From contig NC_052154.1 of assembly GCF_902713615.1 (NCBI RefSeq), positions 167,037,988 through 167,101,987 on the forward strand: a DNA stretch of 64,000 nt, read 5' to 3'. Below the pieces are notes generated by a model that did not search any database, was not told where the DNA came from, and saw only the letters and a list, made by a program, of their open reading frames with translations. Of the stretch, positions 62,953 to 64,000 are shown piece by piece (the first letter of the stretch is position 1; every line of letters begins with the position of its first letter). The stretch comes from Scyliorhinus canicula. Its lineage: Eukaryota. The translations under genes and the position numbers were made by a program.

Positions 62953-63957
62953 ATCAATCGCTGATTGGTTTAGGTGGTGATTGATCAGCCTCTGATTTGT
63001 TGAGGTGATGATTGACCAGACTCTGATTTGATTCTTGAAGGTGATGGTCATGTTTGGGTTACCCGAACAGCTTTGCTATTATTGTGGAGTATCTGCCTGT
63101 ACTTGGTACAAGTTAATTAAACAAATAAAACAGCAGAGTGATGTATAGCCTTACAAAAATTACAAATTTACAGAAATTACATCCATCCTATAGAAAATAC
63201 ACATGAAGTCAGTGCATGGAGACAATTGATGTGATACAATTAAAATACAGCATCGTTCATTACATGTTCATAAGAAATAAAAGACAAGAGCATCACATTG
63301 TTACAAAAAGTGATTACAGAACTTAATTCCCTCTCAGCCTAGAGAACCAAAGGTGGTCACAGGTGGTGAAGGAAAGTGACTGCCCCTCTCTTTTTCAAAC
63401 ACAAGTTAACAGAACAAAACCAATTCTCAGAAAATTGGACAGCTGTTTAGAATCTTGCAGCTGTTTTACTTCACACAACAGACCCTTGAATCTTAGGAAA
63501 TACAACCTGATAAGTGCTTATAGCTCGGGAGTACAGCGGCCGTATCCCTGGATCCGATCAACCTTGAATGACTTCACAGAGCTGGCTCTGTAATTAGGCC
63601 ATTAAAAGTATGGCTGCCTGTGGTTTGGGGTCATGTGGTGTTTCTCACTTGCCAAGTGTGGATGTCGCTTTGAACAAGAGCTAGTCTTGTGATGTACTAG
63701 TGACGGCAATTAGGCAGAATAACATATTGGGTTAATTAGTTAACATAATATAGCATACTATAACATATCCATACTACAAACTAATTGTAATTAATTATTA
63801 AGCCTAATCGTTGCTATATGTTAAATATAAAACTTATACAAAATACCACAAGGGCAATTTCAAATGTAGTACAAACAGGATCCATTTTTTGGTGCATCAT
63901 TCATAATCATAGAAAATATTTTTCTATCTGAGCATTAGTCACCGAGAGAGAAGTTTC

Positions 63958-64000
63958 AATAATAATAACCTTTTATTGTCACATGTATGAAGTTACTGTG
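63958..64000 (-). mobile_element. 3' tail of a SINE running off the window
   Basis: AATAATAAT...TTTATTGTCAC...TGAAGTTACTGTG, as at 20922-20976. Confidence 0.75.

Noticed and set aside
62960-63050. ~31-bp threefold tandem repeat
   Set aside because: Short and degenerate, with no further structure.

Overview
Vertebrate genomic DNA, almost certainly elasmobranch (probably a catshark). This rests on HE1-like V-SINEs, HER1/CR1 LINEs, shark-type Penelope termini and GC-rich Harbinger MITEs. Most of the window is nested transposable-element debris: two L1-clade LINEs, a near-intact CR1 whose ORF2 is broken by a single nonsense codon, many older CR1, Rex1 and CR1/L2-group fragments, at least five decayed Gypsy elements (three with a tRNA-Ser(GCT) primer-binding site), solo LTRs, PIF/Harbinger and hAT DNA transposons, Penelope ends and about 17 tRNA-derived SINE copies. 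A 7.5 kb G/T-rich minisatellite (10.9-18.4 kb) produces the giant His/Pro ORFs, which I regard as artefacts. No host gene can be identified with confidence; there are only weak minus-strand exon candidates and enhancer-like unique islands. The most interesting signals are (1) an in-phase U_UUA_AAC -1 frameshift heptamer joining CR1 ORF1 to an ATG-less ORF2, (2) a minimal hammerhead-ribozyme motif inside a 79-bp-arm Penelope palindrome, (3) SINEs sharing one head/body but carrying three different 3' tails with different insertion signatures, and (4) graded, higher-order architecture of the minisatellite. Boundaries of old repeats are approximate; nothing was database-searched.
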